A stretch of 63,640 bases of DNA, filler included, from Reticulomyxa filosa (GCA_000512085.1; 15 parts of 15 records of this genome joined end to end with filler, not necessarily neighbours in it), one strand, 5' to 3'; shown: positions 11,701 to 24,978, counted from the first letter of the whole stretch. Translations and numbers: made by a program. Notes: a model not told the origin generated them from the sequence alone.

Positions 11701-13949
11701 CAATAGTATTCTCAAGAATATAACAAGTAGCGATTGATCATTCAAGAGGTGTAGATTTATCGATATAAGAAAGGAGATGACGTATGTGAATAGTGTCAAC
11801 ACAACAAATCTCTAAAAAGTGTTGACTTATTTCACCAAGACTATATAAGTGGTTATTGATGATATTTATTGAAATGAAATACAAATGAAAATAAAATGTT
11901 ATGTGCTTGCAATTACATAACAACACTCAGACTAGCATGCAATACTTCCGTTCGATGCATCCAACTCAACAATGCGCATAATCAACCAAATACAGTCGTC
12001 GCCCTTTACATGTATTTATGATTATGCTATTTGTGACCTCTTCACATCGACACTTCAAAGATTCATGAAAATATTTCCAAGATACGATTAGTGTTGATTT
12101 GGTGGCATACTGCCCGTCAAGTAAGATTGGCAGAAAATGACTTGTCTCATTGATTTGAATGCTTTTGAAAGAACATTGAAGTTAAAAAAACATTGATTAT
12201 TTTTGTCTTTCTATCTAAACAATTTAAATTAATTTGTTGTTTGCTGTTTTTATTTTTACAACAACTAGAATATGCTAAGTCCACAAACAGTGAAGATAAT
12301 GGAGCTGCAAATGAAGAAGAAGAAGACACATACAAAAATGCTAACTCAAATACTGCTGTCTTGATGAAAGCGGAAGCGTCACAAGAACTACAAAGAAAAT
12401 TTGGCGTTCAAACGAATCCAGAAAATAATAATATAGTGGCCCTTCCATAATAAATAACATTATCAACAGCGAATAGTGGCAATGCAAAAGACACATGAAG
12501 AGATTGGTTCGGGAAACAATATCGGTTTTACCTACAATGTTGGGAGTATCATTTACACATGGCCAAACACAAATTTGGTCTTTTCAAGGCGACATCCGAG
12601 TCAAGAAAGTAATGGTCGTCTTTTTCATAATGCAATACCATATCTCGACCTTGTAGTAATATTTGCGTTTTCAAGAGCCACTCTGTTTTGCCAAATACGC
12701 GAACAGTCCTGTCATTATAAACATGAACACGACTCACTATTCCTCGTCAAAGCAATGCTGTTCCCCTTTGCATTCATCTATATCCAGAGACAAAGCGACA
12801 GCTCAATAAATTATACAATGATCAAAGCATTGTATTAAATATGAACAGAGTAAGGCCATGAATACTGCCTTCCAATTGGGTTGCCATTGCTATTGGCTCC
12901 GTTTTGTCGCTATTTGTCATGTGCACTTGAGATAACGTTGATATCGTGGTCTAATCTTGGAATCGCAATTGTATTAACGTATATCTTCTCTTATTGCAAT
13001 GCCTGCTGAAAGACGCTTTCGGTCGTATCTTCATCGTCATCATTGAAATTTAATCTGTATTGCAAAACATGCTGTTGCTGCACCAGTCAAAGCAATAGAC
13101 CACGCGGAATTGAAAAACAGCATTGTCACAATATACAAAATTGTGCAATGTTGTCCATTCGATCCCTTAGACGCTACAACAAGAACATATTGGTTCTTCC
13201 TTATTCTGTTTTTTCTTTTTAGTCTTATTGTGTGATTTGTTCTTATATTATGGTTGTATTCTAATTGTTGTTACTCTTTTCCAATATGATCACATTTTTG
13301 AATTCTTTAACTATCCTTTATTCGCATTAATGTTTGAACCAGTTGATTGAAATAAGCAACCCAAATAAGGTTGAATCAATCCTTTATTGCATTTTTCTCT
13401 GTTTCTGCAACTTAAAACATCATTCCCAAGTATTTCTTCCTTGGAGAGTTTGTTTGTGCATTAATTTTTCAATCTCATTAGACTTTTGCGATGAATAATG
13501 TTACTTGAGAAAAAAAGACAGTATTCTTTTCTTTTTTAAAATAATAAAGTGAAAAATAGCTCATATTTCGCTATTCTTTAATGTGATCCAACTGATTGAG
13601 GAATATCGAGAAAAAAGAGAATGAACAAATGATACTCACAATAAGTCAACATATTTCAAACAACATACACAAAAATGTAAAAAGATACTTACATATAAAA
13701 AAAAATCATTGATCACCTAGAATATGTATATAAGACTACAGCCAATTCAAAATTAAAAAAAAAAGTGTCAGCAAGGGCAAAGCAACTATAAAAGAAGTGG
13801 CCGGCTGTGACGTGGTCTGAGTGCCACCAAAAAAGAGCATACACTGGTAAGATTGTCCGTGCGTAGTACACTGCAGAACCTGTTATTGCATGGCATTCGC
13901 ATAACATATTCCCGTTGCTATTGCTATTGCTATTGCTATTTGTGGTGTT

Positions 13950-14530
13950 ATGGTCATGCCCAGTAACTGACTTCGACCATTGCCCTTTCACTTTCCATCG
14001 ACTCATGTACACAAAGGACATGGCCATACAAACATCGGACTCGTTTGGATGCAATCATTTTCGGAGTACATTGCTGTTTTCGTGTTACAGACGTGTGCGA
14101 GGAACTTGGCCTGGCACAGATAGTGACTGTGATCTATCGTCTCCATAATGCTTCGAAGCTGCTGTAGTCCACAAAGCCGTGGTTCATTTCCTGCTATTTG
14201 CAGCTGCTTTCTTTGCAGTCGTAGAGCCTCCTTCTTTGCTCCTCTATCTTCTGCTTGCATCAATGAACTCGCTTGTCTTTTCAGTCTTTTCAGATACTGT
14301 CGTTGCTCGAGGCTGCGCAGTTCCATTTGTCTTTTTGTTGATATCTTCGTTGATCTTCTTATCTGCTGCTTCGGTTCCGGCGTGCTTCCTTTCATCCAGT
14401 CTCCTATTCGTACCCACAGTCGTGTCCATCACATTTCCTTAGGTCTTTACACACTTTTTTTTTTGAGGACGCTGGATCAAGAACAGTTGTTGCTTTATTT
14501 TCTTATCCACATTCATCATGGTCAAGAAAG
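13950..14530 (-). pseudogene. Decayed gene: basic coiled-coil followed by a broken RanBP2/NZF-like zinc-finger start
   Basis: ORF 14003-14395 (KRQMELRSLEQRQYLKRLKRQ...) stops right after VWPCPLCT, which matches the WxCxxCT half of RanBP2-type fingers. Confidence 0.3.
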
Positions 14531-14548
14531 GTGATTTTTTTTTTTTTT

Positions 14549-14648
14549 NNNNNNNNNNNNNNNNNNNNNNNNNNNNNNNNNNNNNNNNNNNNTTAATTAA
14601 TTAANNNNNNNNNNNNNNNNNNNNNNNNNNNNNNNNNNNNNNNNNNNN
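14549..14648. other. Artificial contig spacer
   Basis: N44-TTAATTAATTAA-N44. Confidence 0.98.
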
Positions 14649-14683
14649 TTATTGTTATTGTTATTCTTATAACCATTAAACAG

Positions 14684-16183
14684 CAAACAATCTTTATTGA
14701 AGTTGAAAAATTGAAAAAACATCTTCAAGATAAGCTAAATCAAATTAATGCAAAGGATGACGAAATTCGGAAAATGAAAGATGACATTCAAACATTTGTG
14801 CAGATAGTTCAAGCGAAGGAAGGCCAGCTTTTGGAGAAGGACAATGAAATAAAAAAGCTGCAAAGAAGCACTCAGCAAAAGTTACTCAAGATTCGCGCTG
14901 ACTTTGAATTGATGCAAAGAGATTTCATGGACAAGGAGAAGCAAATCATTCAATATGAAAAAGTGGTGAAATTATTGGAAGAAAAAAACGAAAGTTTGGC
15001 GAGTGATTACCAAAAGCTGTCTCAGATGCAGCACATAAATAACAAGGATGAACGTAAAGAGAACAGTCAAAGTGGCAATGTAGCATCTTCATCTTCAAAT
15101 TTCAATATAAAGTTTTCTGGCCTTATCCAATTGCTGAAGAAAATGGTTGGACATTCTGATATTGTAAGGAGTATTGATTTCTTTTCTTTGGACGAGACTC
15201 TGTTGCTTTGCTCAGCGTCACAAGATAAAACAGTCCGTGTATGGGACGTGGATACTGGCAGACAACTGAAGGTATTCAAAGGACATCGGAACGAGGTCCT
15301 TTGTGCAAAGTTTTCAATATGTCATTACAATTATGGTCCTTCTGTCATTTGCTCAGCATCGATGGACAAAACCATTCGCTTTTGGGATTTCAAAACTGAC
15401 AAGCAGCTGCAAGTGCTACATGGACACACGGATGGCATTTTTTCCTTGCAATTTTCACCTTTCACTGGTGGTCGGTATTTGTGTTCTGGATCACGAGATA
15501 AAACTATTCGTTTATGGGATGTTGATACTTACAAGTCTTTGTATGTGCTCTCTGGACATGTGGACACAGTCTCTTGTGTCGCATTTTCACCACGATTGAG
15601 CAATAATGCTAATGCTAATGCTAATGGTAATGGTAATAATAATGGTGATGCTATAATTGGTGGCTCTGGATATACCCTTTGTTCTGGATCACGTGATAAT
15701 ACTGTTCGCTTGTGGGATATTGAAACAGCCAAAGAATTAATTGTTTTCAAAGGACATGAAAATTGGGTGAATGAAGTAAAGTACTCACAAAAGGAGGCAA
15801 TGGGCAATATAATATACTCTGTGTCACACGATAAAACAATTCGTCTTTGGGACATTCGATCCAAGACTGAAAGTGCTGTGCTCAAGGGACACACCAATTC
15901 TGTGTTTTGTGTCGAATACTTACCTTTCGGTGCTGATAGAACCGAATGCAGGGATGAACATGTTATATGCTCTGGGGCACGAGACAATACCGTCCGTTTC
16001 TGGGATGTTCGAAACAATAAACAGCTGGTCGAAATTAAGGGCTATGACAATGATCAAGGAATATTTTGCTTACAGTTTTGGCCTTTGAAAGGTATAACAA
16101 AGGACTCGGGCAAACCTGATGGATTTTTTGGTAATTATTTGTGCTATGGATCGCTCAATGGTCACATTCGTTTGTTGGGATAA
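14684..16183 (+). CDS. Coiled-coil + WD40-repeat protein, terminal exon (5' partial)
   Basis: CAG acceptor at 14683. About 120 aa of heptads, then seven WD repeats with the same IIGGSGYTLCSGS and ICSG..DNT.RFWD signatures as the 4191 paralogue. Confidence 0.93.
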   Translation, partial: QTIFIEVEKLKKHLQDKLNQINAKDDEIRKMKDDIQTFVQIVQAKEGQLLEKDNEIKKLQRSTQQKLLKIRADFELMQRDFMDKEKQIIQYEKVVKLLEEKNESLASDYQKLSQMQHINNKDERKENSQSGNVASSSSNFNIKFSGLIQLLKKMVGHSDIVRSIDFFSLDETLLLCSASQDKTVRVWDVDTGRQLKVFKGHRNEVLCAKFSICHYNYGPSVICSASMDKTIRFWDFKTDKQLQVLHGHTDGIFSLQFSPFTGGRYLCSGSRDKTIRLWDVDTYKSLYVLSGHVDTVSCVAFSPRLSNNANANANGNGNNNGDAIIGGSGYTLCSGSRDNTVRLWDIETAKELIVFKGHENWVNEVKYSQKEAMGNIIYSVSHDKTIRLWDIRSKTESAVLKGHTNSVFCVEYLPFGADRTECRDEHVICSGARDNTVRFWDVRNNKQLVEIKGYDNDQGIFCLQFWPLKGITKDSGKPDGFFGNYLCYGSLNGHIRLLG

Positions 16184-17870
16184 ATAATCCTTGTTTTGTT
16201 TACACATTGGAAAGAAGAAAGAATATGAAGAAAACGAAAAGAATCGATTTGAATTAATATCGGTTCACTTACAGCTTTTTTTTTATTTTTTATTTTACAA
16301 ATAATTATCAGCAAAAAAATCAATTGTCACTCTGTATTGATGTTACTACAAATGTCTTAATCCAAATATCATCATATTGTTTTTGTGTAAATTCAATAAA
16401 TATTTTATCTTTTAACAAACTTTCATATAATACTTCCATTTAAAGTCTTCATAAAACTAACTTTTTTAAAATGAATTCTGATTGTCTCATGTTATTTAAT
16501 CTCTTTTGTTCAGTTATTACAGTATTTTGCAAAAAAAAACCTTACAACAAAAAAGAGCTTTTTAGTATTTGACTTGTATATCTTTATTGAAAAAGCTAAA
16601 GTAAAAATAATTTTGTAGATACATAAAACAATCAAGAGTATCTTTCATGTATGTTTTAATATCTTATCACTTGCATTTATTTGAAAGGTTATATATTCAA
16701 TTTTTTTAGCTTGCTTTTACAGTATGACTTTTTTTTTAACAAAATTTTTTATTAAACTGTAAATAAAAAATAATAATTCAACAACGTCTACACTTGTGTT
16801 TAAAAGAAGCTTTTATGTATAATTTATACTTGGTTGCATCGATATTGGCCTTTATCACAGTATGAATGCACTTAAGCATTTAAGCAATAACATCACAAAT
16901 CACTTTCAATATAGTACTATTGCTTGATAAACTCCTTAAATAGCTCCTTTTTGCTGAAAAATAGTCTATTTTGTAAATACTGCACTTGGTAATCTACATA
17001 ATGTTCTAAACTATATCCAGATCTTGTTTTGTCACTTTTCGCATACACTTTCCATCCAAAAGCATTTGAACGTCTATTTACTTTGTAAAATCGTCACAGT
17101 GCTTCCACATAATGCTTTTTACTTTCTTCTGTGTTTATTGTACGTTAAATACTTTAATATTAGTCAGTATAATTCATTTTAAACTTTTTTTTTTGTAATA
17201 TAGTTTTTTTTAACATTGAATTTTTCAAACTCTAAGAAAAAAGAAAGATACAGAACTTTTCAAATAAATGTAAGAGATAATAGTAAAACATGATGAAAGA
17301 TAATCTGGTATTTATTCTATGTATCTACAAAATTATTTTTACTTTAGCTCTTTTCAACAAAGATATACATCAAATCTAAAAAAGTACATTTTTTTTTTAT
17401 GGTTTTTTTTGCAAGCTACTGTATGTCAATACACATAATGGAAGAAACGTTTAAAAAATTAAACAAATCTTCTAAAATTAAAAGTTGCGTTCTTAAAAAC
17501 AAACAAAAGAGTAAAAATTGATATAGTTGAAATAACCATTATCTATTAAATTGATGATAAATGACTTTTCAGTGCTAATTTCACGATATGTTTTGGTGCG
17601 CTTTGTGTTAAATATAGGAGGTGATACATGACAACGATGTTGAATATATAAGTATATATAGGCCTACTCTTTTTTTACACAATTTTCGCATAAATCTGAA
17701 ATTAATCATACAAGAATAAATAAAATAGATAACGTTCGCTTACTAAACGCCCTCTTCAAACGTCAAAAAGAAAAGCTCTTTTGATCATTGACATAAAACA
17801 ATTTTTGGATTTTATCTATTGTGTGTTTACTGATTTCGTGCAGTTAAAAAGAAGAGCAGAATATTAATTT

Positions 17871-18888
17871 ATGTCGACCGCAGCAGACTATCGATTTAAA
17901 GTGATAACACTGGGAGACTCGGGAACAGGGAAATCCAAAATTGTGTCTCGTTTTGTGAAAGGGGAATATTCCGAATCTGAAACATCAGCAGGAGGTAAGT
18001 ATGTTGATGTCTGAACGCCTCTTCCCCCACCCTTCTTTCTTTCCAAGAACAAGTCGGATGCAAGAGCAGTAAATGTAACTAAAAATAACAAAAATAAATA
18101 AATAAAATGGTGACTGGTCATAAAGCAACCTTCATAGGCTACACACTGGAATTAAATAATCATTCGATATATTTGGAAATATGGAATAGGGAAGGATTAA
18201 CGCGCATTGATTCGATTCCAATTTACTATCGAAATGCTATGGCTGCTATTGTTGTTTATGACATCACTTCAAAAGTTGGTTTCAATTCTTTCACTTGTTC
18301 AAAGTTTTGAATGAGAGAAAAAGATTAAATTGACAATTATATATGTATTTATTCGAGTTTGTATTAATATAACAAACAAAAAAGGACTCATTTTCAAATG
18401 CCAAAAAGTGGATCGAAGACGTAAGGGACAGATGCAATTCAGATATTGTAGTTGCTTTAGCTGGAAATAAGGCGGATAATATCTCTAAAAGAGCTGTCAG
18501 CATCAAAGTGTGTTTTATTTTTATTTTGGAGGTGGGGGTCCATTTCTTTTTTTTTTTTTTTTGCACATGTGAAATGGAGTGGGTCACTTATCGTTGTTAC
18601 TTTAACAGGAAGCAACAGAGTTTGCTACTGAAAATAATATCATTTTTATGGAAACATCAGCAAAGACCAATATCAATATCCGCGAGTTGTTTTCCATGGT
18701 TAGCCACAAACTACTCGAAGTTAAACTTCTTTGCACTCTTTTTCTTTTTTTTTTGATCTTTGGTTAAGTTGCAATAATTGCGCATATTTATGTCAATGTG
18801 TGCTTTTGATTGACAGAACAGCGAAACTATACGGCCTGAAATCCATACTTTGAAGCCTAACCAAAGTCGTTTTTGTATTGTTTTGTAA
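17871..18888 (+). CDS. Divergent Rab5-like small GTPase, 5 exons
   Basis: GDSGTGKS (G1), YYRNAMAAIVVYDIT, ALAGNKAD (G4), FMETSAKT (G5). Introns start at 17995, 18275, 18508 and 18720. Ends SRFCIVL*. Confidence 0.88.
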
Positions 18889-19386
18889 ATAAATTAATAT
18901 TTTTTTAAATTGCTTATATGTACGTTGAATTCAACTGGTTGGTAAATATCCTTTGTTAAAAAAAACAGAACATCAAATATCTCCATCTGATACTTTGGAA
19001 AAAAAGCAATTTTGAAAAAATGTTACACTCGTTTGTTTTTCTTCAAGAAAGTTTACGATCAAAATGAATAACAAAAAATTGCTCCGATAAATGCATAAAG
19101 AACAAAAATTGCCGAAAGAGCAAAAGAAAAGAAAGCCGAATGATGGTAAAATAAATTTTAAGTTAAATTTAAAAACTAACCACTCGTAGTTTTTTTTCAA
19201 ACAAAAAAAAGATTAAATGAATCAAGGTTAGTAACTAAATAAATCTGGCTTTTCCCAATGTTGACATCTTTTCTTAGCTGATGAATGATGGACAATGTAA
19301 CTTTGTTCTCGTGTCGTGAAAAGTGGTTTCTCCCTTTAAAAAAAAGATGAAAAAGTTATAAAAGATATTTAAATAAATAATCACCC

Positions 19387-20408
19387 ATGTTTAGTTGTTG
19401 CTGCTGTTCGCTTTTCAAAAAGAGAAGGGAGTATAAGCCTCTCTTCGAGACGTTTATAGAACAAGAAGAATTAAAAGTTGGCGACGAGGTGGTGGTAACC
19501 CCAGCAGGAGCAAACGCATCATTTCGAGGGAGGGTGACATCAGCTTTGGAAAATGAAAGATATGTGGTGAAGTATATACATATACAAAAAGGTGAGTAAG
19601 GTTATGTCAACATCCCAAAGCGAACATCTCTCTTTCCCTTAAAAAAAAAAAAAATCACAAAAATTTTGATGACGAAGCAAACAATGTACCCCCCCCTCCC
19701 ACAAGCAAAATGTTCCAAAAAAAAAAAACAAAAAAAAAAGATGGTATGCCCGAGGAAACAGAAGGGACATTTGGCTACGGAGATGTGCTAAAGCCACAAG
19801 TGCAAAGCGCAAAAGATATGCGTAAAGCGTTGCGACAACTGGAAAAGATTGACGTGACGAATCTGCTATTAGGTGGCAGGGACGAAAGAGCAATCAAAGT
19901 GTTTGAGTGTTTGTGTAAGGTGTTGTGTGATACGTACGACACAGTATTGTCAGCATATAGCGAAGAGGAGGAATATACCCTTCATCGTGGCACTTTTACT
20001 GCTCGCATAATTAGCTTCAATGTTCTTGAGTTTTTACATACACCGCAATTTCGCTGGAAAGTCAAATGTATTTTCTGCAGCGAGATCATGCGCATTGACA
20101 CCGTTTACAAAAATCGCATCACCCAATTTCGCACACGTAATGATATTCAACGCTATATTTACTTTGGCTTTTCTGCAGTCATCACTTATTGTGACTATTG
20201 CAGAAGGAAGATTTATGAAAGTGAGTTCGAACTCAAATGTCACAAAACTCATGACATGTGCTTGAATTGCTTTTCTGCTATGGTACAAGAACATTGTAAC
20301 TTTCACTCTTTGCTTGGAGACTTGTTGCAAACTGTCTTGAATGATGATTGCATTTTTGAAATCGCTTGTTTTGTAAAAGGATATCTTGTCAAGTTTAATT
20401 TATGTTGA
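19387..20408 (+). CDS. Hypothetical protein: N-terminal CCCC, Tudor/SH3-like barrel, C-terminal ZZ-like zinc finger; 2 exons
   Basis: Exon 1 19387-19591 (LKVGDEVVV...FRGRVTSALENERYVVKY); intron 19592-19740; exon 2 with CIFC and CDYCRRKI...CHKTHDMCLNCF. Confidence 0.75.
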
Positions 20409-22863
20409 ACTTTTTTTTAATACATTGTTTTTTTTTATTATTAGTTTTTTTTGTCTTTCTTTTTTTTTGTGTGTGTTGCATCTGTCCCAGCAAGAGGCGC
20501 CAAGGGATTGGAAGCAAAAAGGGGACAACATTTACAATAAAATTTGGTCAATATGGTCTTTTTTGGTTAAATCAATTGTCATTAGTATAAACACTTAAAA
20601 CATCTTTGACACTAAATAATATTTATCACATACTTTCTTCTTTTTTTGCATGTTTTTTTTGCAAATTACCCTTTAAACAATCAAACAGAACAACATGAAG
20701 AAAATGCATTTTATATTACGCCAATGAAAACAACACGTTCGACAGTGTACGATACTTGCGCACATTGTGCAAGTGCCTCTATGACTATATCTTTTATGGC
20801 TAAGCAGACTTTTGTTTTTCGCACATTTTTGTCATTTGACGGTATTCTATTACATTTTACTGTTGACTGAGATCAACAATTTCTCTTTGCTTCAATGCGT
20901 TCTGTGGCTAGAAAGCGCTCTGAGGCTAGAATTCACAATGATAACGGAAGAACGACTACTGAAAGAAATTGTCAAGTGCAAAAATTATTTGAACACGTTT
21001 AGTTCCTAAGTTATGTTATTCTTTTTATGTTAGATGATACATTAACTTCAATTAATTTTTATTTATATTTGTTCAAAAAAGCGACCATTTGTACTTGCAT
21101 CCAAAGAAATTAAACAGTTAAAATCAAGTCGCAGATAAAAACAAGCGATAGCAACTAAAATCTAAAAAAATCTTTTTTCCTCAAAAGGAATAAATAAGAT
21201 CAACAAAAAAAATAACACATAAAACAAGTAGGACTTTTCATAATTTTTCATTTTGTGTGAACTATTCTTTCTTCACAATGTGTCGAATGAAATGATCGCG
21301 AGTTTCAACATATAAAACAAATAAACAAACAAAAACAGTTTCGTGTGAAAGTATAGATTTGTGCATTGAATAAGTGAAATATTGTGATAATATAAATGAA
21401 CATAATCGTCCACCACTTTCACCGCAAGGAATGCTCAAAGCATTTCTACATCTTTTATTTGATCACAAAGAACATAATGTAGTACAACACGTACACATCC
21501 AAAATTTGTTCAAAATAAAGTCAGATCTGTTTTTTTTTGAAAAAAGGATTATGAGAAAAAATGTATAAAAAACTTACATCATATCTTAGAAGATGAATTT
21601 CACGTACAAACAGATATGACATTGCAAGTGGAAGAACTCGTGTATGCAGCATTACTTAGCGATAAAAAAGCGCATTTGTTTTATGGTTTATTTGTTGTTA
21701 TATCATACAACACGTAAAAAAAACTTGAGAAATATCTTTTTTCTTAAACTTAGCATAGCCAAGGCGACAACAACGAATTGATATTTAACATTTGACAAAA
21801 TCTCCCAATTTGCAATAGTAGAATGTTGATTAAAATTGGAAAAAAAAACAAACAAGAAGTATTATTTTATCTACAAACACTTGTTCTATTGTAGGGCAAG
21901 CCCTTATCACACATGGTTGAACTCGTATGTAACTGAGGAGCTCCCTTTGGGTTAAACTTCATCAGTTAACTACATCTTACTTCCTTGTTTTTCTTACTTT
22001 CCTTTTTGTCATTATTCTCTTTAATTTACTTTCCTTTTACTGAAATTGTTCTTTTGGAACTAAGTTCCTTTCGTATTACATTTAGTGCAGTTCTCCACAG
22101 TAGATCCCCACACTCTTTCTTGAGTTTTTGTTCGTTATTTGGAAAGGTTATATCTGGAAAGCAGTAATATTAAGACAATGAATTTAAAACTTTTAATGAA
22201 TATTGCTTTGTTGGTTAACAAAATCTTATCAAGACCACAATTAAATTCAGTAAGTTTTACATAGATCTTTCTTCAAGAAATAGAAAAGGTTTATTTTATA
22301 AATCAAAAAAGTATGTTGCAAAAGTTAATTAACAATATAACTGCGACACAATGTGATGTTAATAAAAGATATTAGCAATTGCATGTATATAAAACAAATA
22401 TTATGATGCAGTAACTTATTGTGGTTCAAAAAGTTGATGATTGTACATCTTATTTCTAATGCATGGATCGAATTACACTTCGTGCTAAGAGTTCATTCTA
22501 ACAGTTACATGAAAAAATATTTAATAAATTAATTGAAAAACTAATTCATTTTTGAACTTAAACACTAACTTACTTTAAAAAGAAATTGAAAATATTTGTT
22601 TTTTCTTCATATGAAGGATTGTATGTCAAATGTCTGACACAATAAAATTATGTTAACACTGAAACAAAGGCGAAATCTGTAGACGATTGCATTAGTATGC
22701 AGGAAAGACAATCGTAAAATTTGTGTGGATACCAAAAAAATAACTTGCAAAACTTTTCTCCCAGAAAAGGAACGGACGGGAGGAGAGAAATTGATGTGTG
22801 GATGGAGAACTTAAAAAAAAAATCATAAATCGCTAATAAAATACAAGGCTATCAGCAATTGAT

Positions 22864-23700
22864 ATGCTCAACAATACACACTCAAATATAAAATCATCAA
22901 GCAGCGTCCCCTCTAATCTGTTAAAGATTATTGTGTTGGGTGATTCAGGTGTAGGTAAGACAGCGTTGTTGTATCAATACGTTGAAAACAAGTTTATTCA
23001 AGCGTATCGAGCAACGATAGGTGCGGATTTGTTAACAAAAGTGGTGACAGTGGAGAATAATAAAATTCAGTTGCAGCTATGGGACACAGGTTTAAAAAAA
23101 AAAAGGGCTTTTTTTTTTTGATTAAATAAATAAAAAAAGATGCCAAAAAAAAAAATGAATCGATGTGACCCCCCTCCCCCCCCCCTCTCTTCCTCCACAC
23201 ATACATATATATATAACTATACGTATACTATGGCATGAAAAGCCGGACAAGAGCGATATGACGCATTGAGCACAGGTTATTATCGAGGAGTGGACGGGTG
23301 TGTATTTGTGTATGATATAACGAATAAAGCGTCATTGGAACATATCGACCAATGGCGACAAAGTTTTTATAAGTACGCGACAGACACATGGACGTCGGAA
23401 TTGAAGTTCCTGTTGTTAGGGAACAAAAGTGACTTTGGCGACGACGCTCAAAAGCGACAAGTAAGCCGCACCGAGGGTGAAAAATATGCTGAGACTAATA
23501 ATATGCTGTTCTTTGAAACCAGTGCGGTCAATGGTATGAATATTAACCAAGCTTTTGGCGCGTTGATCCATGAACTCATTCAAACTCAAAAAAACCCTTC
23601 TTCACTTTTTCATTTCGATCCTGCACCAACTATTCAACTTGCTCAGCCACACTCTGATCACAATTCTTCTTCACGCAATGTCACTTGCAAATGTTATTAA
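22864..23700 (+). CDS. RAB7: Rab7-like small GTPase, 2 exons
   Basis: [29 protein letters not shown]|AGQERY (intron 23090-23242), [13 protein letters not shown]-terminal CKCY. Confidence 0.85.
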
Positions 23701-24219
23701 TCTGATTTTTTTTTTTTTTTTTTTAGTTATTTTTATTTTTTATTTTGTGCTGGTTTTTTTTTTCTCTCTCTCTCTCTCTCTGCCTCCCCATCTCTCGTAG
23801 GTACGGGTTTCCTAGCTAATCTTTTGAAAAGGTCGCTTTTTTACTTCTAAGTCAATTTTTGGTTCGCAAAAACCGTGCAACACATGCTTGGAGAAAATTT
23901 TACAAAATGCACCTTGTTGTATATTTAAAACACCAAAACATGCTGTCTTGTGCATTGCAATGTATTTTTTCAGAAACTTTTCAATATAAAAATAATGTGA
24001 AATGATCATGCTTTTTTTTTTTGGCATTGTGAAGTAATTTGGTTGAGCCCTGTTTTATTTTGTTTTATCTTTTTGAAACAATTACATTCAAAAAGTTGTT
24101 GGGTTTTTGGACAATCAACAGTTAAAGTCAAACAAATTATATTTAAAAAAAAAAACTTATGTGTCTCCCCCTTTCATGGGGAGGGGGGTTGTAAAACCTC
24201 ATTCATATTATATATACAA

Positions 24220-24940
24220 ATGACACTCCCTTTCCCCAAAACACATTACTGGAAAAGCTGTTTGGTGTTGTCATGTTCGCGTTGGTATTGTATGCTGCTC
24301 TTTCTCTTGTGTGTTTGTGCGACGTGGTCGACGAGCCTAAGTTGGCTGTATCGACAACGGTTAGCATTGGCAGAAGATGTATTACCGCCACAGTTGGACC
24401 TGTCCACATTGCCATCGTCCCTCGTGGCAAAGAAGGAAGAAGCGCAGAGCGTGGATACGTACGAGCATGCAGCAAAAGAGGGAACAAGAAAGACGACAGA
24501 GGAGATAGGCAAGGACACGTCAGCGGGAAAAAAAAGCACACAAGCGTACGCAGACGAGTTGAAGCGACTGAGTTGGCGTCAGTTGAACCGTTTGTATCAG
24601 ATGAATCCAAGAACGACGCGTCAATCCAATAGTAACGGAGGAGGAGGAGGAGGAGGAATGAGCAGAATAATTCCAAACAGCAATGCTATCCGAGCAAAGC
24701 AGGAGCATTTGCGTTGGTTCGACCCTACGTTGCAACATGCATGTGACATGCCGTTTCATGTGATCCCATTGCATAGTTACATCCAAAAGATGGAGACGTC
24801 ACAGCAGCAGCAAGTTAAAATGGCAATCGGGGGTACCCATAATCGAAGTCAAGTGTTTTTGCCACAAGCCCTGAAAGAAATGATCCAACTCTATCAAGCA
24901 TATAAGGCAAAGGAAAGCAAAAGAATTGAACAAACCAATG

Positions 24941-24978
<38 letters not shown>
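24220..24978 (+). CDS. Putative type II membrane protein (signal-anchor + stem), 3' truncated
   Basis: ATG 24220, hydrophobic WYCMLLFLLCVCATWSTSLSWLY segment, then a hydrophilic stem with poly-G/poly-N; frame open to the contig end. Confidence 0.6.

Noticed and set aside
21890-21972. Short hairpins (AGGGC-AA-GCCCT; TAACTGA...TCAGTTA) as an ncRNA
   Set aside because: No tRNA, snRNA or snoRNA motifs recognised; stems this short arise by chance.
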